NCBI GenBank assembly: GCA_951406725.2 | Contig: OX597829.1 | Span: 38,254,001 to 38,318,000, forward strand | DNA length: 64,000 nt | Direction: 5' to 3' | DNA from: Octopus vulgaris | Taxonomy: Eukaryota | In this document: one piece after another, positions 30,962-46,259 of the stretch | Position numbering within the stretch: the stretch's first letter is position 1 | Layout of the letters: each line of letters begins with the position of its first letter | Program-made: the position numbers and the translations under genes | Notes under the pieces: generated by a model | The model's input: only the letters and a program-made list of their open reading frames with translations | Told to the model about the DNA's origin: nothing | Databases searched by the model: none

Positions 30962-30962
<1 letters not shown>

Positions 30963-31044
<82 letters not shown>

Positions 31045-31057
31045 ATCTATCTATCTA

Positions 31058-31088
<31 letters not shown>

Positions 31089-31105
31089 ATCTATCGATCT
31101 GTCTA

Positions 31106-31180
<75 letters not shown>

Positions 31181-31181
31181 G

Positions 31182-31237
<56 letters not shown>
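30963..31237. repeat. (TATC)n/(TC)n/(TGTC)n microsatellite, 3' flank of the LINE
   Basis: Seen directly. Confidence 0.95.
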
Positions 31238-31238
<1 letters not shown>

Positions 31239-31558
31239 ATATATACATATATATATGTATGTATATATATATATGTGTGAGTGTGTGTGTGTATACACAT
31301 TCGCACACACACACACGTACATGTGCATGTCACATTGTACATAATCGATATAGTCTAAAGGACAAATTCGCTTGCTTCCATTGTTTGTTCAACAGGTAAT
31401 ACTTGCATACAATGCGCTTTTATTTTTTTGTGAAGAGAATTCATATGAAATCAATTTGAAAGAAAATCGATTCAAAGTAATATATTAGAGATTATGAAGA
31501 AATAAAAATCACTGAGTGAATACAGCTATAAAAAAAATAGCACGATCGATATATACAC

Positions 31559-32180
<622 letters not shown>

Positions 32181-32401
32181 ATAGATGAGAATAATAAATG
32201 ACTAAACTTGCTAAATAGAAAAAAGGACTTTTAGGTAAATCAAATACTACGTGTACATTGGGTGGAAAGGGATTTGTCAAGAGAGAGAAATAAAAAACAT
32301 TTTTGAAAGTTCTGTACTTTATTGTAAAGATGCGAAAATAATGTACAAACACACACACACACGCACTAACACACATATATGCGCATGTGCATATATGTCT
32401 C

Positions 32402-32500
<99 letters not shown>

Positions 32501-32745
32501 GTCAGGCCAAGTGAAATCGTAGTCGTTGACAGTGCTGGTGACACATAAAAGGCACCCGTGCCGGTGATACATAAAAGGTATCCACGCCACTTCTGGAGTG
32601 GTTGGCGCTACGAAGGGCGACCAAGCGAAATCAGATTGGGGAGCCTGGTGCAGCTCTCCGGCTTACCAGTTCCATTTAAGCCATCTAACCCATGCCAGCA
32701 AGGAAAACGGATGCTAAATTACGATGATGATGATGATGATGATGA

Positions 32746-32783
<38 letters not shown>

Positions 32784-32784
32784 C

Positions 32785-33010
32785 CTTCCGGTCATTTCAA
32801 TATGTGACCGGGTGTTTATCGTTGGCGCTTTTCTTTCCCCGTCTTCCCTTCCTTGGGCCTTTCCTTTTTCTATGTTTCTGACGAAGAGCTCTGCTCGAAA
32901 CGTTAAATCCTCCTTCTTTCTTTCCTTCCTGAGCGTCCAATAACACTGTACTTGTTCCACGTCCTCGCGTTGTTGTGTTTTCTCTTTGTGTTTTCATGTT
33001 TAGATTAACT
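32785..33010 (+). mobile_element. Penelope-like pLTR fragment with a minimal hammerhead (32874-32908)
   Basis: GTTT CTGACGA A GAGC-TCT-GCTC GAAA CG TT AAAT. Homologous to 15974-16171. Confidence 0.72.
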
Positions 33011-33014
33011 CTTT

Positions 33015-33235
33015 TACTCTTTTACCTGTTTCAGTCATTTGACTGCGGCCATGCTGGAGGACAGCCTTTAGTCGAATCAAATCGACCCCAGGACTTATTC
33101 TTTGTAAGCCTAATACTTATCCTATCGGACTCTTTTGCCGAACCGCTAAGTTACGGGGACGTAAACACACCAGTATCGGTTGTCAAGCGGTGTTGGGGGT
33201 ACAACACAGACACACAAACACACACACACACACAC

Positions 33236-33281
<46 letters not shown>

Positions 33282-33451
33282 ATATATATATACGACGGGC
33301 TTCTTTCAATTTCCGTCTACCAAATCCACTCACAGAGTTTTGGTCAGCCCGAGGCTATAATTGAAGACACTTGACCAAGGTGCCACGCAGTGGGATTGAA
33401 CCCGGAAGCATGTGGTTGGTAAGCAATCTACTTACCACACGGCCACTCCTA
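33015..33451 (-). mobile_element. SINE family B, full length
   Basis: Head, CORE-like segment, internal (TA/CA)n and tail are all present. Confidence 0.88.
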
Positions 33452-34223
33452 TATATATATGTATATACATATATAAGCATCAATGTATGGGTGTTGCAAG
33501 TTGCAGCCCCACTGTTTTGCACCATGGAGACCAAAAGTACCAAAAGGGCATTACTTTTCATGGAGTAAGTTATGAGCTACATGATATTATTTTTCCACTC
33601 AACATTTAAAATAAAGAAAAAAAATTAAATAGGAAAATATACACTTAACAGAAAAGTAAATTGTCTTTATGGCAAGGAAGAGAGGGAAGGAGGGAGAGAG
33701 AAAGGAGAGAGAGAGGGAGCGAGACAGAGAGAGGAAGAAAGACAGAGAGAAGGAGAGGGAGAGTGGTGGTGGTGGTGGGGAAAGCAATTACTACCAATCG
33801 CATTCTTTATTGGTATTCACTGCATATGTGTGGATGAATATAAATGTAGGAAATCGTTTTTATAATGAGAAATGCATATTTTCTATGAAAGAAAATTGAT
33901 TTTGCAAATTAAAAATCGCAAATGTGAATTGAGTAACTATGTGTTCGGTGTCTGAATAATCTATAAGCTATAAATGGGATAAATGTATTTTACGAATAAT
34001 ATAAATGTTGAATTCGTTTATTTCACTTGTTTCCACCAATATCTCTCACAACACTGTCGTTTAAAAATGTTTGTAGCAATCCTTTAAAACATATTATATA
34101 TATATATATGTATTTATTCTGATAAGTGCGTGTCTGGTTAGGTTGTAGAGAAAATCTCAATTTTTAAAAGCAAGAATCCTGTTGAAATAATAACATAGAG
34201 TAAAACCGACCTACATGCAGACC

Positions 34224-34348
<125 letters not shown>

Positions 34349-34350
34349 CA

Positions 34351-34384
<34 letters not shown>

Positions 34385-34385
<1 letters not shown>

Positions 34386-34613
34386 TTCTTCACCCATTTC
34401 CTTCCGGTCATTAAAATGTGACCGCGTGTGTACCTTTGGCGATTTTTTCCCCCTCTGTCTTCCCTTCTCTGGATCTTTCCTTCTCCTATGTTTCCGGCGA
34501 AGAGCTCCGCTCGAAACGTTAAACCCTCCTTCCTTCCCGAGCGTCTAATAATACTATATTTGTTCCACGTCCTCGCGTTGTGTTTTTTTTTGTGCTTCCT
34601 TGTTTGGATTAAC

Positions 34614-34615
<2 letters not shown>
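34385..34615 (+). mobile_element. Penelope-like pLTR fragment with a mutated hammerhead (34490-34524)
   Basis: Same family as 32785. The core has decayed to CCGGCGA. Confidence 0.68.
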
Positions 34616-34645
<30 letters not shown>

Positions 34646-35049
34646 TGTATGTATGTATGTATGTATGTATGTATGTATGTATGAATGTATGTATGTATGT
34701 ATGTATGTGTGTATGTGTGTGTGTAATACCAAATTATACTAGAAAGTATCTCGAAATGCGTTTGTGTGTGTGTATATATATATATATATATCACGTGATC
34801 ACGTGACCGGCCAAACTATCAGATGTTGTTACATATCGCTGGTCACAATGCGCTTTTCATTGTGATAGCCTTTGAATGACACCACTTTACTGGCTAGGCA
34901 AGCAGGCCAACATTCACCTCCTGATCGATAAGAGGAGCAACTTGAAATGAAGTGTATTTGTTCAAGAACACAACGAACCGCCCGGTCTTAGAATCGAACC
35001 CACGATCTACTGATCGTGTGTGCAGCACCCAAACCACGATATATATATA

Positions 35050-35362
35050 TCGCCGAGATCACTGTGCCCGACCAGGCTATCGGATGTTGCTGGTCACAAT
35101 CGCTGGTCACAATGCGCTTCGCATTGTTTTAGCTTTCAAATTACGCCACCCTGCTGGCTAAGCGAGCAGGCCAACAGAAGAAAGAGTGAGAGAAAGTTGT
35201 GGCGAAAGAGTACAGCAGAGATCGCCACCACCCCCTGCCGGAGCCTCATGGAGCTTTAGGTGTTTCTACTCAATAAACACTCACAACGCCCGGTCTGGGA
35301 ATCGAACCCGCGATCCTACAACCGCAAGTCCGCTGCCCTAACCACTGAGCCATTGCGCCTCC
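35050..35362 (-). mobile_element. tRNA-derived SINE family C
   Basis: Minus-strand head GGAGGCGCAATGGCTCAGTGGTTAGGGCAGCGGACT...GGGTTCGATTCCC has clear A and B boxes. Confidence 0.85.
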
Positions 35363-35378
35363 ACACACACACACATAT

Positions 35379-35437
<59 letters not shown>

Positions 35438-35466
35438 CATACATTCATACATGCATACATGCATAC

Positions 35467-35497
<31 letters not shown>

Positions 35498-35523
35498 CAT
35501 ACATACATACATACATACATACA

Positions 35524-35554
<31 letters not shown>

Positions 35555-36479
35555 GTGTGGGAAGGTATGTGTGTACGTATGTATGAATATTTGGCATTAC
35601 TTTCTATCAGAATCTGACACTTTATAAAACGTTTTGGCTACATTTTATGAAATTGATCTTGCAGCTCTGCAGTTAACAGCTAAGTTGTAAGAAATAGGAA
35701 TGTTTTTGATGGACATGTCATTTCATGCTTACCTCCGTACGTAAAAATCTACATGCACTCCAATACATATATTGGTTTCAAATGTTGGCACAAGGCCAGT
35801 CACTCAGGGGAGATGATGTTAAGTCGATTATATTGATCCTAGTGTTTAATTGGTAAGTTGTTTTATCGACCCTGAAATGATGAAAAACAAAATCGACTTC
35901 GGTGTAATTTGAACTCGGAATGTAATGATGAACGAAATGGCCGCTCAGTATTTTGGCCGGTGTGCTAACGATTCTGCCTGTTCGTCGCCCTATTCCAATA
36001 AGTATATCGAGATGAAACATGTATACTTACTATAGAAAAATTTGTAATGTGTTAAATATATTTATAAGAATGAATATCGCTTTTTTTTTTTTAATTAAAA
36101 ACTTCAAATATGAATAATGGTTGTTTCAGGTATTATAAGATGTAACAATCGGACGTTAAAAATGGTTGTACTGCAGATAGAAAAGCTCTGTTTCTCTCAC
36201 AGACGTTGCACCTTTGGAAGTATGAATTGCGTTTATTTAAGTGCAATGGCTGAAAAGAAAAAAAAACATCTTTTACGGAGATGTTCTGAGATTGTGTGCT
36301 GGAATGAAAACAATTGCAGCGTGGAATGTGTTTATAAGCCATTAAATTTAAATGTTGAAGTGAATCCAGCGGATTTTATGTGTTTCGTAAATGGATTATA
36401 AACCCCTTCCACCCTGCAAAAAAAATCCTTTTTCCATAAAGCATTTAATTTATAAAGGATGGGATATGGTAGTTTATCA

Positions 36480-37112
36480 CGAGATAATTTTCTTAAATTT
36501 TATTCTAATTTACGAATACTATAAATGTTGCATAATTAATATTCGGTTTGGACACTCCTACACAACCATAGCCAACCTTATATCACGAGAGTCTAGAAGG
36601 TTAATAGTCACTGTATGGTGGTCTGCGAAGAAGGAGGTTATTCATTATTCATTTTTGCAACAAAGAAAAACGGTAACAGCAACATCGTATTGCCAGGAAA
36701 TTTATTGTATGCATGAGAATTTGAAAAAGAAGCAACCCAGACTACTGAACAGAGATGACCCAAATTTGCTCCATGACAATGCACGTCCTCACACTTCTCC
36801 AGCTATGGTCCAAAGCAAGGCAGAATTATGAGATTTTGTAACATCCTCCCTATTCCACTGATATCTCTTATTTAAGCATTTTGAGCTTTTCATAAGCAAT
36901 AAAACATTTTTAAATAGAGAAGAAGTAATTCGGACAGTTCATCACAGCAAAAGATGATTTTTTTTAAAGATGGAATACATGACATAGAGAAACGTTGGGT
37001 AAACTTCATAAATGAACATGGATCATACTTTGATTAAATAAATCAGTTCTCTAACACTTCTGAAACATTTTATTGTTACCTTTCAAATACGATATTCCAT
37101 GTGAAACAGCCT

Positions 37113-37114
<2 letters not shown>
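36480..37114 (+). pseudogene. Degraded, internally deleted mariner transposase relic
   Basis: Translates to VTVWWS..VIHYSFL..TVTATSYCQEI, LLHDNARPH, HPPYSTDIS and C-terminal GSYFD*. Confidence 0.85.
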
Positions 37115-37144
<30 letters not shown>

Positions 37145-37406
37145 TGTATGTATGTATGTATGTATGTATGTATGTATGTATGTGTGTATGTATGTATGTA
37201 TGTATGTATGTATGTATGTATGTGTGTATGTATGTATGTATGTATGTATGTACGTATGTGTGTATGTATGTATGTATGTATGTATGTACGTATGTATGTA
37301 CGTATGTGTGTATGTATGTATGTATGTATGTATTTATGTATGTATGTACGTATGTGTGTATGTATGTATGTATGTATGTATGTATGTATGTATGTATGTA
37401 TACACA

Positions 37407-37565
37407 ACGGGCTTCATTAAGTTTTCTCTAACCTAACAATACACTCACAAGGCTTTGGCGGGTCCGAGGCTATAGTAGAAGACACTTGTCCAAGGTGCCA
37501 CGCAGTGGGACTGAACCCGGAACCATGTGGTTGGTAAGCGAGATTCTTACCACACAGCCTCTGCT
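37407..37565 (-). mobile_element. SINE family B, 5' part
   Basis: Head plus ACCTTGGACAAGT on the minus strand. Confidence 0.8.
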
Positions 37566-38745
37566 TATATGTTAATATAATTTTATAAAATTGCAAAAAA
37601 AAAGGGTCATTTTCTTATACGTCCTAACATATTGTATCATAACGTTCTTCCCAAATTTATTTGGTTTTGTTTCATTTTTTATTTCTACACATTCTATAGC
37701 ATCTTTCTGCGATTATGAATGAACAGGTCGTGGTGGCAACATCAAAGAAAATAATATTATTGGCACGATTATGACGATGACCATCATCATCATCATCATC
37801 CAAATCATTATCGAAATCATCATCATCATCATCATCATCATCACCAACGCCGCCACCAAAACCACCACCACCGCCGCCGCCGCCGCAGCCGTCGCCGTTG
37901 CTACAGCCACCACTGCCTCCACTGCTGCTACCGCCATCACCGCCGCTGCCACCACCACCACCACCATTATTATTACTGCCTCAGAAATAGATTGATAAAT
38001 AATATATAAATAAATAAACAAATAAAAAAAAAACTAGAGATTATTGTCGATGGGCGTGTTTTGATATTCCCGGCTGCCATTGCTGTTGAGATGTCGCATG
38101 ATATATCCAGGGCAGGCTAACCTGACAGAAGCTATCCCTCATCTAAAGAACGGTATCCTTTTCCTGTTCGGTACCAGTTAGAAACACATTGAATCTTTGT
38201 GATAAGGGAAATAATCAATATTGATATGAAAATGCAAATGCAAATAAATAAATATGTAAATATATTAAATAAACAAGTAAACGCAAAACTCAAACTAACA
38301 TATATATTACAAGCAAATATCACAATAATGAAACAAAGAAAGACATGTTAATTCATGATGGCGATTCACTTAAAGCAAAGTTGTTGTGAGATGTCGCAAC
38401 AAAAGACACTAATATTAATATTACTTTCCATTGACACCCAGTGATCCAATAAAATTTGCAGTTATTATTACATCATTCACAGATGGTTGCTTGAGACAGA
38501 CGACAAATCTCACAAGCAATACATTCTGTATGCTTTTGTATTATTAAAATATAATTCTCTGGAGTTGCTTCCTGTTTTTATTTATCGCCATCTTAACATA
38601 ACTAGTGTAAAGAAAATTCGTTTCCAGTAAATGTTTTGGTGGGTGAAGAAAGGCCTAGGTCTATTTTTGCTGTATGAAAACTTAATACCGAGGTAGACGC
38701 GAGCATTAGCTTATGTCTCGCTAATAATTAAACGCACTCACGTAT

Positions 38746-38889
<144 letters not shown>

Positions 38890-39068
38890 CGCCGTACAGC
38901 GTAACTTTGCACCTTGTTTACGCCTTCACCCACAAATACCGCTCCACATGCAGAAACCAAACCTTCTATATACCTGTATACGCATGAACAAGAGGCAAAC
39001 GTACGAACCTTTTTTCCATTAGGAACTGTCAGAACTCAGTTTCACCGAGAGAACTTGACTTGATATGT

Positions 39069-39452
39069 GGAAGCACTCCGTCGGTTATGACGACGAGGGT
39101 TCCGGTTGATCCGAATCAACGGAACAGCCTGCTCGTGAAATTAACGTGTAAGTGGCTGAGCACTCCACAGACACGTGTACCCTTAACGTAGTTCTCGGGC
39201 ATATTCAGCGTGATACAGAGAGTGACAAGGCCGGCCCCTTGAGATACAGGTACAACAGAAACAGGAAGTAAGAGTGAGAGAAAGTTGTGGTGAAAGAGTA
39301 CAGCAGGGGTCACCACCATCCCCTGCCGGAGCCTCGTGGAGCGTTAGGTGTTTTCGCTCAATAAACACTTACAACGCCCGGTCTGGGAATCGAAACCGCG
39401 ATCCTATGATCGCGAGTCCGCTGCCCTAACCACTGGGTCATTGCGCCTCCAC
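39069..39452 (-). mobile_element. SINE family C, full length with target-site duplication
   Basis: tRNA-like head. TSD tgacttgatat at 39056-39066 and 39453-39463. Confidence 0.9.
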
Positions 39453-39648
39453 TGACTTGATATACGAATGCAACAATAATCGTTTAAAAGATACAAATGG
39501 AGAAAAAGAAGCAGTAAACCGTAAGTTTGAAATAAAACAAAAATCAAATAGACACATTCCACCACCTGGTACCTTGAGTACCATTAGCATTCCGATTCTC
39601 CAATTTAAGGATAATTTCCTCCCTTCCTTTCTCCTATCAGTCTCAGAG

Positions 39649-39955
39649 TGGAGGCACATGGCCTAGTGGTTAGAGCAGCGGAGTCGCGGTCGAGGGATCG
39701 CGGGTTCGAATCTCAGACCGGGCGATGTGTGTGTTTATGAGCGTAAACACCTAAGCTCCACGCGGCTCCGGCAGAAGGTAATGGCGAACTTCTGCTGACT
39801 CTTTCACCACAACTTTCTCTCACTCTTTCCTCCTGCCTCTTGCAGCTCACCTGCGACGGACCGGCGTCCCATCCAGATGGGTAACCTATACGCCAAGAAA
39901 CCGGGAAACCGGCCCTTGTGAGCTAGGCATGACTCGAGAAGGAATAAACAACAAC
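39649..39955 (+). mobile_element. SINE family C variant with (CAA)n tail and target-site duplication
   Basis: Head tggcctagtggttagagcagcgg...ggttcgaatctc. TSD atcagtctcagag at 39636-39648 and 39956-39968. Confidence 0.9.
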
Positions 39956-42087
39956 ATCAGTCTCAGAGACCATGTAAAAGGTCAAGAACATAAATTTCCC
40001 TTGTATCTAAAAAGATAAAAACTAAACATTACCCATTCAGCGAGCTCACCCGACGGGTTCCCGGCCTCGCTAGATAACATGGCTCATGTGACCATCAGAT
40101 TGAATCCCATGACACCGCATGTATGTCAAATTTTCCCTCAGTAACATGCTTGACAACTGATATCTCTTATTTTCGAATTCATGTTGATTGAATACAGACT
40201 AGTTTTCACATTCAAGGTAGTTGTGCATGAATTACACCGGGGAATACAATTTTGAAATTTGTTTTTGACTAAATAAAATTAGTATCTGTCTATTACGTCG
40301 TACTTTTATCCAACAGCATACTCCTTTTTTTTAAAAAAAAAATCACCACCACAAAGTATTGATCTGCATATATTCTGTTGCTTTAGAAGATATATTTTTG
40401 TGTAAATTTGAGATACTGATTCCAAATATGTAATAAGTTTTGATCTGTCATCTCTTTTTTGGTGATAGAACTTACTCCTTTCTATGCTAATGTATCCTCT
40501 CATGTGCACCTAACATTTTGGTGCATTAGAACTTAGATCTATTCTTGAGTCTATTGGAGGAGGATCAAGTTGCGAAACAGAATCGGTTTTCCTCTCATCT
40601 CTAATCAATTACTGATCCGTTATTTTGACACAAAAATAGAAACATTATTAATGTTACAATATGTTGATAAAGCAATCACATATTACTAAATCAGTAACTG
40701 GAAAGCAATAAAATTTTATTTATTTATTTATTTATTTATTTTTTTTTGGTTTGTGTTCAGCATTAATTTTCAGATCAATCTTAAAATCTATAAATCAGCT
40801 ATATTTGTAGGAAAGGCCAGTTGCACTTTTTGAAGCCAGCTGTACTTTGGAACCCAGCTGAACTTGCAGAAGCTACATGCATTTGTAGAAGTCAACAGCA
40901 TTTGTAGAAATCAGTCACATTTGTTGACATCATCTACACTTTTAGGAACCAAACGCAGCTGAAGAATGTAAATGCAATGAGCTGGTTGTGCTCATTCAAT
41001 TCTTGAATGATTGGGGTAACACGTCAGTGCTGTAATCTATATAGTCCTATAAATCATGTCTTAGGAATGATGATAAACTTATAATTTGGAGAAATGCTTT
41101 TGCTTATATGTCTGTAGAAAGTAGCATTATGAAGTATATGAGATAGAAAAAAGACAAAGAAAATTGCTATTCCGCAGCGTTTAAAAACGCCATCTCATAG
41201 TGAATTGAAATTTAATTTTTGTAGTTAAGTTCTTCAATAAAAAATTGAATTGTCAAAAATACATTTTTATATATACATATTAAAATTAGAATTTAGAAGA
41301 ATTTTCTAGTCTGTGTAGACTTTAATAATTGCCATATCATAGTAAAAGTTACATACTTCAACCTAATCAAGAAACAGTTTTTTTTTTATTACAGTATAAA
41401 TGGAGCTAGAAATATCGTTCATTGCATTGATGTATAGCAACTAAGAAAAATAAACTGACTTTAAACTATTAACATACAATTCCTCCTAATCCCATATTAA
41501 TTAAATCGCATCTATAATAATTGATGTTCTTAAACCAAAATTAAATAGAATAAATTAGTCTTTGATTGTCTACATGAATGCATTAAAAAATCCCAAATAA
41601 ATCACGCTATGTCCAGATATTAAACGTAGAAAGTCTGGTAGCTCATAATAAATTGAAATTGTTTATTAAATGATACCTAAATCTCATTAGTCGAATTTTC
41701 ACGAACAACTTTAAATAACTTAGACGGACTTTAAGAAACGAAGTAGTCTTCTATCGGTATTCCGTTGTTTTTCTCTCTTTCTTCCTATCTTTATCTTCTA
41801 TTCCATTTCTCCAACTCATCTATTCTCTCAGTTGCCACTATATTTCAGTCTCTTCTCGTTATTGATCTTATGTTCGACTCTTAAATAACTTCCTTCCTTC
41901 TGTTTTTTTTCTTTTCTAGAAAAATAAATTTACAATTTCTGCATGTGAAGAACTATAAAAGTAGTGAGACAAATCAGCATGCCGTAAGATATTATTATCA
42001 ATTACACATGAGCAGGCGTGGCTGTGTGTTTAAGAAACCATCTTTCTAACCGTATGTCCTTAGTAGATAGAAACTGAAAGAAGACCG

Positions 42088-42122
<35 letters not shown>

Positions 42123-42127
<5 letters not shown>

Positions 42128-42470
42128 ACACTAGGATGGAACTTATAGATATTTAATACATCGCTACGCGCGTTTTCACAAATTGCTTGGTTTTAACATC
42201 AGAGTTTGTATCCTTGGGATGAGTACAGTTATAGTCTGTAGTATCCGTCGGCATCCGGTTGGTCATCATCATTGATTCATTTCATCAAGCGATACTGCAT
42301 TAGTGGATGAAAAACAGAGGGATGTTGAGCCATTCTTGCCTGTATTGAAGGCCAATCTAGTGATGTGGGTATTTCTGTGTGTACTTGGTAGGGGGATGAA
42401 GGTGATGGGAGTAGAGGAAGGAATGGTAGTAGTATGTGGATGGAAGTGTGTGTGGTGGTGTTGGATTTAT
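42123..42470 (-). mobile_element. Penelope-like fragment with a large hammerhead-like motif (42160-42293; core TTGATGA)
   Basis: Homologous to 60686-60880. Minus strand reads ATCGC TTGATGA ...~115 nt... GAAAA CGCGCG TA GCGAT. Confidence 0.55.
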
Positions 42471-42482
42471 TTGCTATTCATT

Positions 42483-42860
<378 letters not shown>

Positions 42861-43360
42861 GATTTGACTCAGGTTCATTTTCAATCCCAAATTCCATACC
42901 TACATCATTTGAGAAAATGCGAGCAGTATGTACAAAACTTCTCAAGCTGTTTCACACTTTCCGCATAAAGCTTTATATCATCCATAAAAAGGAGACGATT
43001 TATTTGACCAGATCCTTTTCCCGAATCGTAAACTATTTTAACTTTTCGTAATATCAAACTCGGCGGTATCACAGCCAGTACAAATAGTATTTGAGATAAA
43101 CTTTCACCACATGACAATATCATGAGACGAGGTATCCATCCGAACTGCCTGATGTTCATCCACTTGTCATATCTGATGTTCACTTTCCCAAGTCTTTGGT
43201 TTCTTCCAATCAATTCAGTACTCCAATATTCCATACTTTCATTTAACCATTTTCTCCATATATTCTACCACTCAAACAGGTTCATTATTTTACTTATTCA
43301 ACTGTGCTGTACCATGTCGCATGCTTTTTTTTTGTAATCCAACCATGCTCTATTCAGTTC
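42861..43360 (-). pseudogene. R4/Dong-like reverse transcriptase fragment
   Basis: Translates to AWLDYKK..DMV.HS, GESLSQILFVLAVIP and INRLLFMDDIKLYA. Confidence 0.8.
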
Positions 43361-43384
43361 TATCAATATGCATCAAAAATTTCT

Positions 43385-43690
43385 AATTATCATTTTATGT
43401 AGAGGGTTCGTTGGACACAGTGTGAGGCGACTGTTGTTATCGTTAGGCCTAACTCATCGTAAAGTCGATATCACCATGACCGATATCCAAACTACAGTGG
43501 AGAAGGCTAGCCACTGGATTTGGTTAAAAAGAGACGATGACCAATGGCTAGAAGGATATTGAGCTTTATTTGATAACCAGCTGATCTAGCAAGCGGGGGT
43601 TCATATCAGTGAGGGGGGCCGGTGCGCATTGATGCCGTCGAGATGCAGGCCCCGAAACGACGCGTATTCTCTCCTGATGACCCCATACAC
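43385..43690 (+). pseudogene. 3' end of an RLE-type non-LTR element, HERO-like
   Basis: CRGFVGHSVRRLLLSLGL...VEKASHWIWLKR resembles the HERO-clade RLE C-terminus. A GC-rich 3' UTR follows. Confidence 0.65.
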
Positions 43691-44617
43691 TTGCTGGCTT
43701 CCGGTATGCGGAGTTTTTGACTGGTAGCACTTGCATGTGCAAGTTGTTTGCAAGACATATGTGGTCTTTTGTTGTCCTGCTTTATTTCTGGCATCCTTTC
43801 TGTTCTCCTGGAAGTAGATTGTCACTTTCCAGATCGTTATATAACTTTTCCTCCAAGACACCGGTCATGACTTTCCACATGAGTGATAAATAGGTTATAG
43901 GTTGAACATTCGATACATATTTACCTTTCAAGGGGTCCTTGAGACATAACAACGTTCATCCACTTGTCATCCAAGTAGGGACGTGCCCCTGCTGTAGGCA
44001 TTCATCGACTTGTGCAGTGATCTTTCGTGCAACTGCGGCATTTGTTCCACATTCTTGAGTTCCGGGGTCAAAGCCAGCCAGAGCCTATTTGAAGGAAACC
44101 TCTTTGATACAAACATTTGAACCAGGTCTCTGATTTGTGACCTTCCTTCTTCCTTTCCACTAGTCTCAAAACTCTGAAAAGTGTCATGAACAATGTCCTT
44201 CCTCCTTGACTAAGCTCTTCAGGAATAATGTTGGACTACAGGAAATGATGTATCTTTTTTTCCATATTTAGAACAGCAATGCGTGGTATGTGAAAGATTT
44301 GGCTAGTTTTTCAGGCAGTTCGGATGGATACATTGTTTCATGATGTTGGGTGCATGGAAAGATGTAAAGGCAAAAGAAATAAGTGCTTCCTGTATATATC
44401 ATGAATTTGGTTGAAATGTATCGATACGAAATAATGATTTGTGATGTTACATAGTGATTGTGGGTTTCAATAGTTGTCATATCCTTTCACCTGTCAATGT
44501 AGGTTAAATATCGTGAAAGTCTTTTTACACATATATTTACAAGATATCGGTTCCTGGACAGTGATTCCATTATTAATACATAATAATCAGATAAATAATT
44601 AAGAATCTTTAAATAAT

Positions 44618-44828
44618 AGTTTCAAATTTTGGTACAAGGCCAGCAAGTTTAGCGGAGGGCGCTTGTCGATTACATCGACTCCAGTACTCAACTATTAGTT
44701 ATTTTATCAAACCGAAAGGATGAAAGGGAAAATTGATCGCGGCAGAATTTGAACCCAGCACGTAAAGACGAACGAAATGCCTAAGCATTTTGCTCGGCCT
44801 CCTAACGATTCAGCCAGCTCGTCACCTT
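44618..44828 (-). mobile_element. SINE family A, older subfamily
   Basis: Same tail (tttcaaattttggtacaaggccagc) and central domain as 246-465. Confidence 0.75.
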
Positions 44829-45730
44829 AAAGAATTTTTGAATAATATCACCGAATTTTAACTCACCGTTTGAAGTATTAAGCCACATTTAGCTCGAAAA
44901 TCGATGGAAGAAAACATCCGGAGTAATTTACTTCATCAAACCAGAAAGGAAACATACCTAATGCAAAAAGAAACTCTTTTGGCAAGAAGTCCTTTTTTAA
45001 AACAAGGATAAAGTTAGTTTTTCTCACAGAGGCGTTCTCATTGCAGTCTTTGATCGCTAAACAAGGACACTGTTTAAACTGCGGTTTCATCTGGTTCTGA
45101 CTTTTGTGACAGTTGTGGAAATCTGCAGTTTAGGAATTCAAGAGTTCAATAAACATTCAGAACAACTTTGGGATTCGTGCAAAATTCTTTGATCTAATTT
45201 AACAGCAGCTGTAAAAGAACTGGATATAGGATATAATCAACTTCGCTTCAGCCATTGAAAAAATATATCGATGTAAATGGCAAGACAAATGCGTTTTAAT
45301 ATCACTTAGACCTAACAGAATTATTGATAAAGTGTATTTTTATTGATAAAGTAATGTCTTTTCAAAGGTAGACGATCTACACAGTCAGTCATTTATCGTT
45401 TCACATTTTCTCTCCACAGGTGAGAGACTGCTTATTGACAGCAACGCCATTATAAGCAATTAAGTTTCATTTATATTCAATATAAAATTACGAATAGGTT
45501 TATAGCAGTAAATTCTAATCCTGTTGTGTTATCATACACCTTACTAAAAACCCAAACCAACTATAAAATACGCCAACTCGGCTTCAAATTACAATAACAC
45601 AGAGTATGTCTCAGCGCTATGATTTAAAAAAGACACAAAGACTACGCCACAAAACTCACCAACGCTATCATACATCATGCAACTGTATACAACGCAAACA
45701 CTAGTATAGAAGATGTGTCTGTGTGTGTGT

Positions 45731-45772
<42 letters not shown>

Positions 45773-46259
45773 ATATATATATATATTTTTCATACTGTGC
45801 ATATGTTATCATACATCACGTATCAGCACTACCAAACGGTGTACGTGAACACTGCCGTGCAACACACACGTCACACCAATACTGCCATAATACACCACAT
45901 AAAAACACTACCAGGCACCAGTTAATGGAAGAGTTGTATCAGTTAAGCTGCTACGAGGAGTTTAAACGGCCATCGTTAGAAAGATAAGAGGAGAGAAGGA
46001 GAGAGGTGAGGAATTTAAAATGGTATTGTCGCTTTGTTGCACTTTACTATCTTCTAGCCAAAGTGTCAGCATGATTGTGTCTCTCCCATTCTCTTTTTCC
46101 TGATTTTACCTCTTTTCCTCACTCAGGTGAAGTAGAAAGAACCCAAAAACGATACATTATTTATTCCTTACAGTCACTAAACTTACAAACTCATATTCTT
46201 ATGAAATCTGCAAGTATTCCTAGACTGAATTCCGCTATAAACTCCACTATGAAATATTA

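Larger units (their letters stand above)
25754..30962 (+). mobile_element. Near-full-length L1/Tx1-clade non-LTR retrotransposon (about 5.2 kb) inserted in (TATC)n
   Basis: 5' UTR, disrupted ORF1, APE-RT-CCHC ORF2, 3' UTR with AATAAA at 30953, and (TATC)n on both sides. Confidence 0.92.

Noticed and set aside
39380-39725. tRNA-gene-like sequences with A and B boxes
   Set aside because: They continue into SINE bodies bounded by TSDs, so they are SINE heads rather than tRNA genes.
43700-44520. Possible Gypsy gag remnant on the minus strand
   Set aside because: Only vague similarity, and no intact motif could be read.
45400-45430. Strong splice-acceptor-like ttttctctccacag
   Set aside because: No open exon or matching donor follows, and one motif cannot support a gene.
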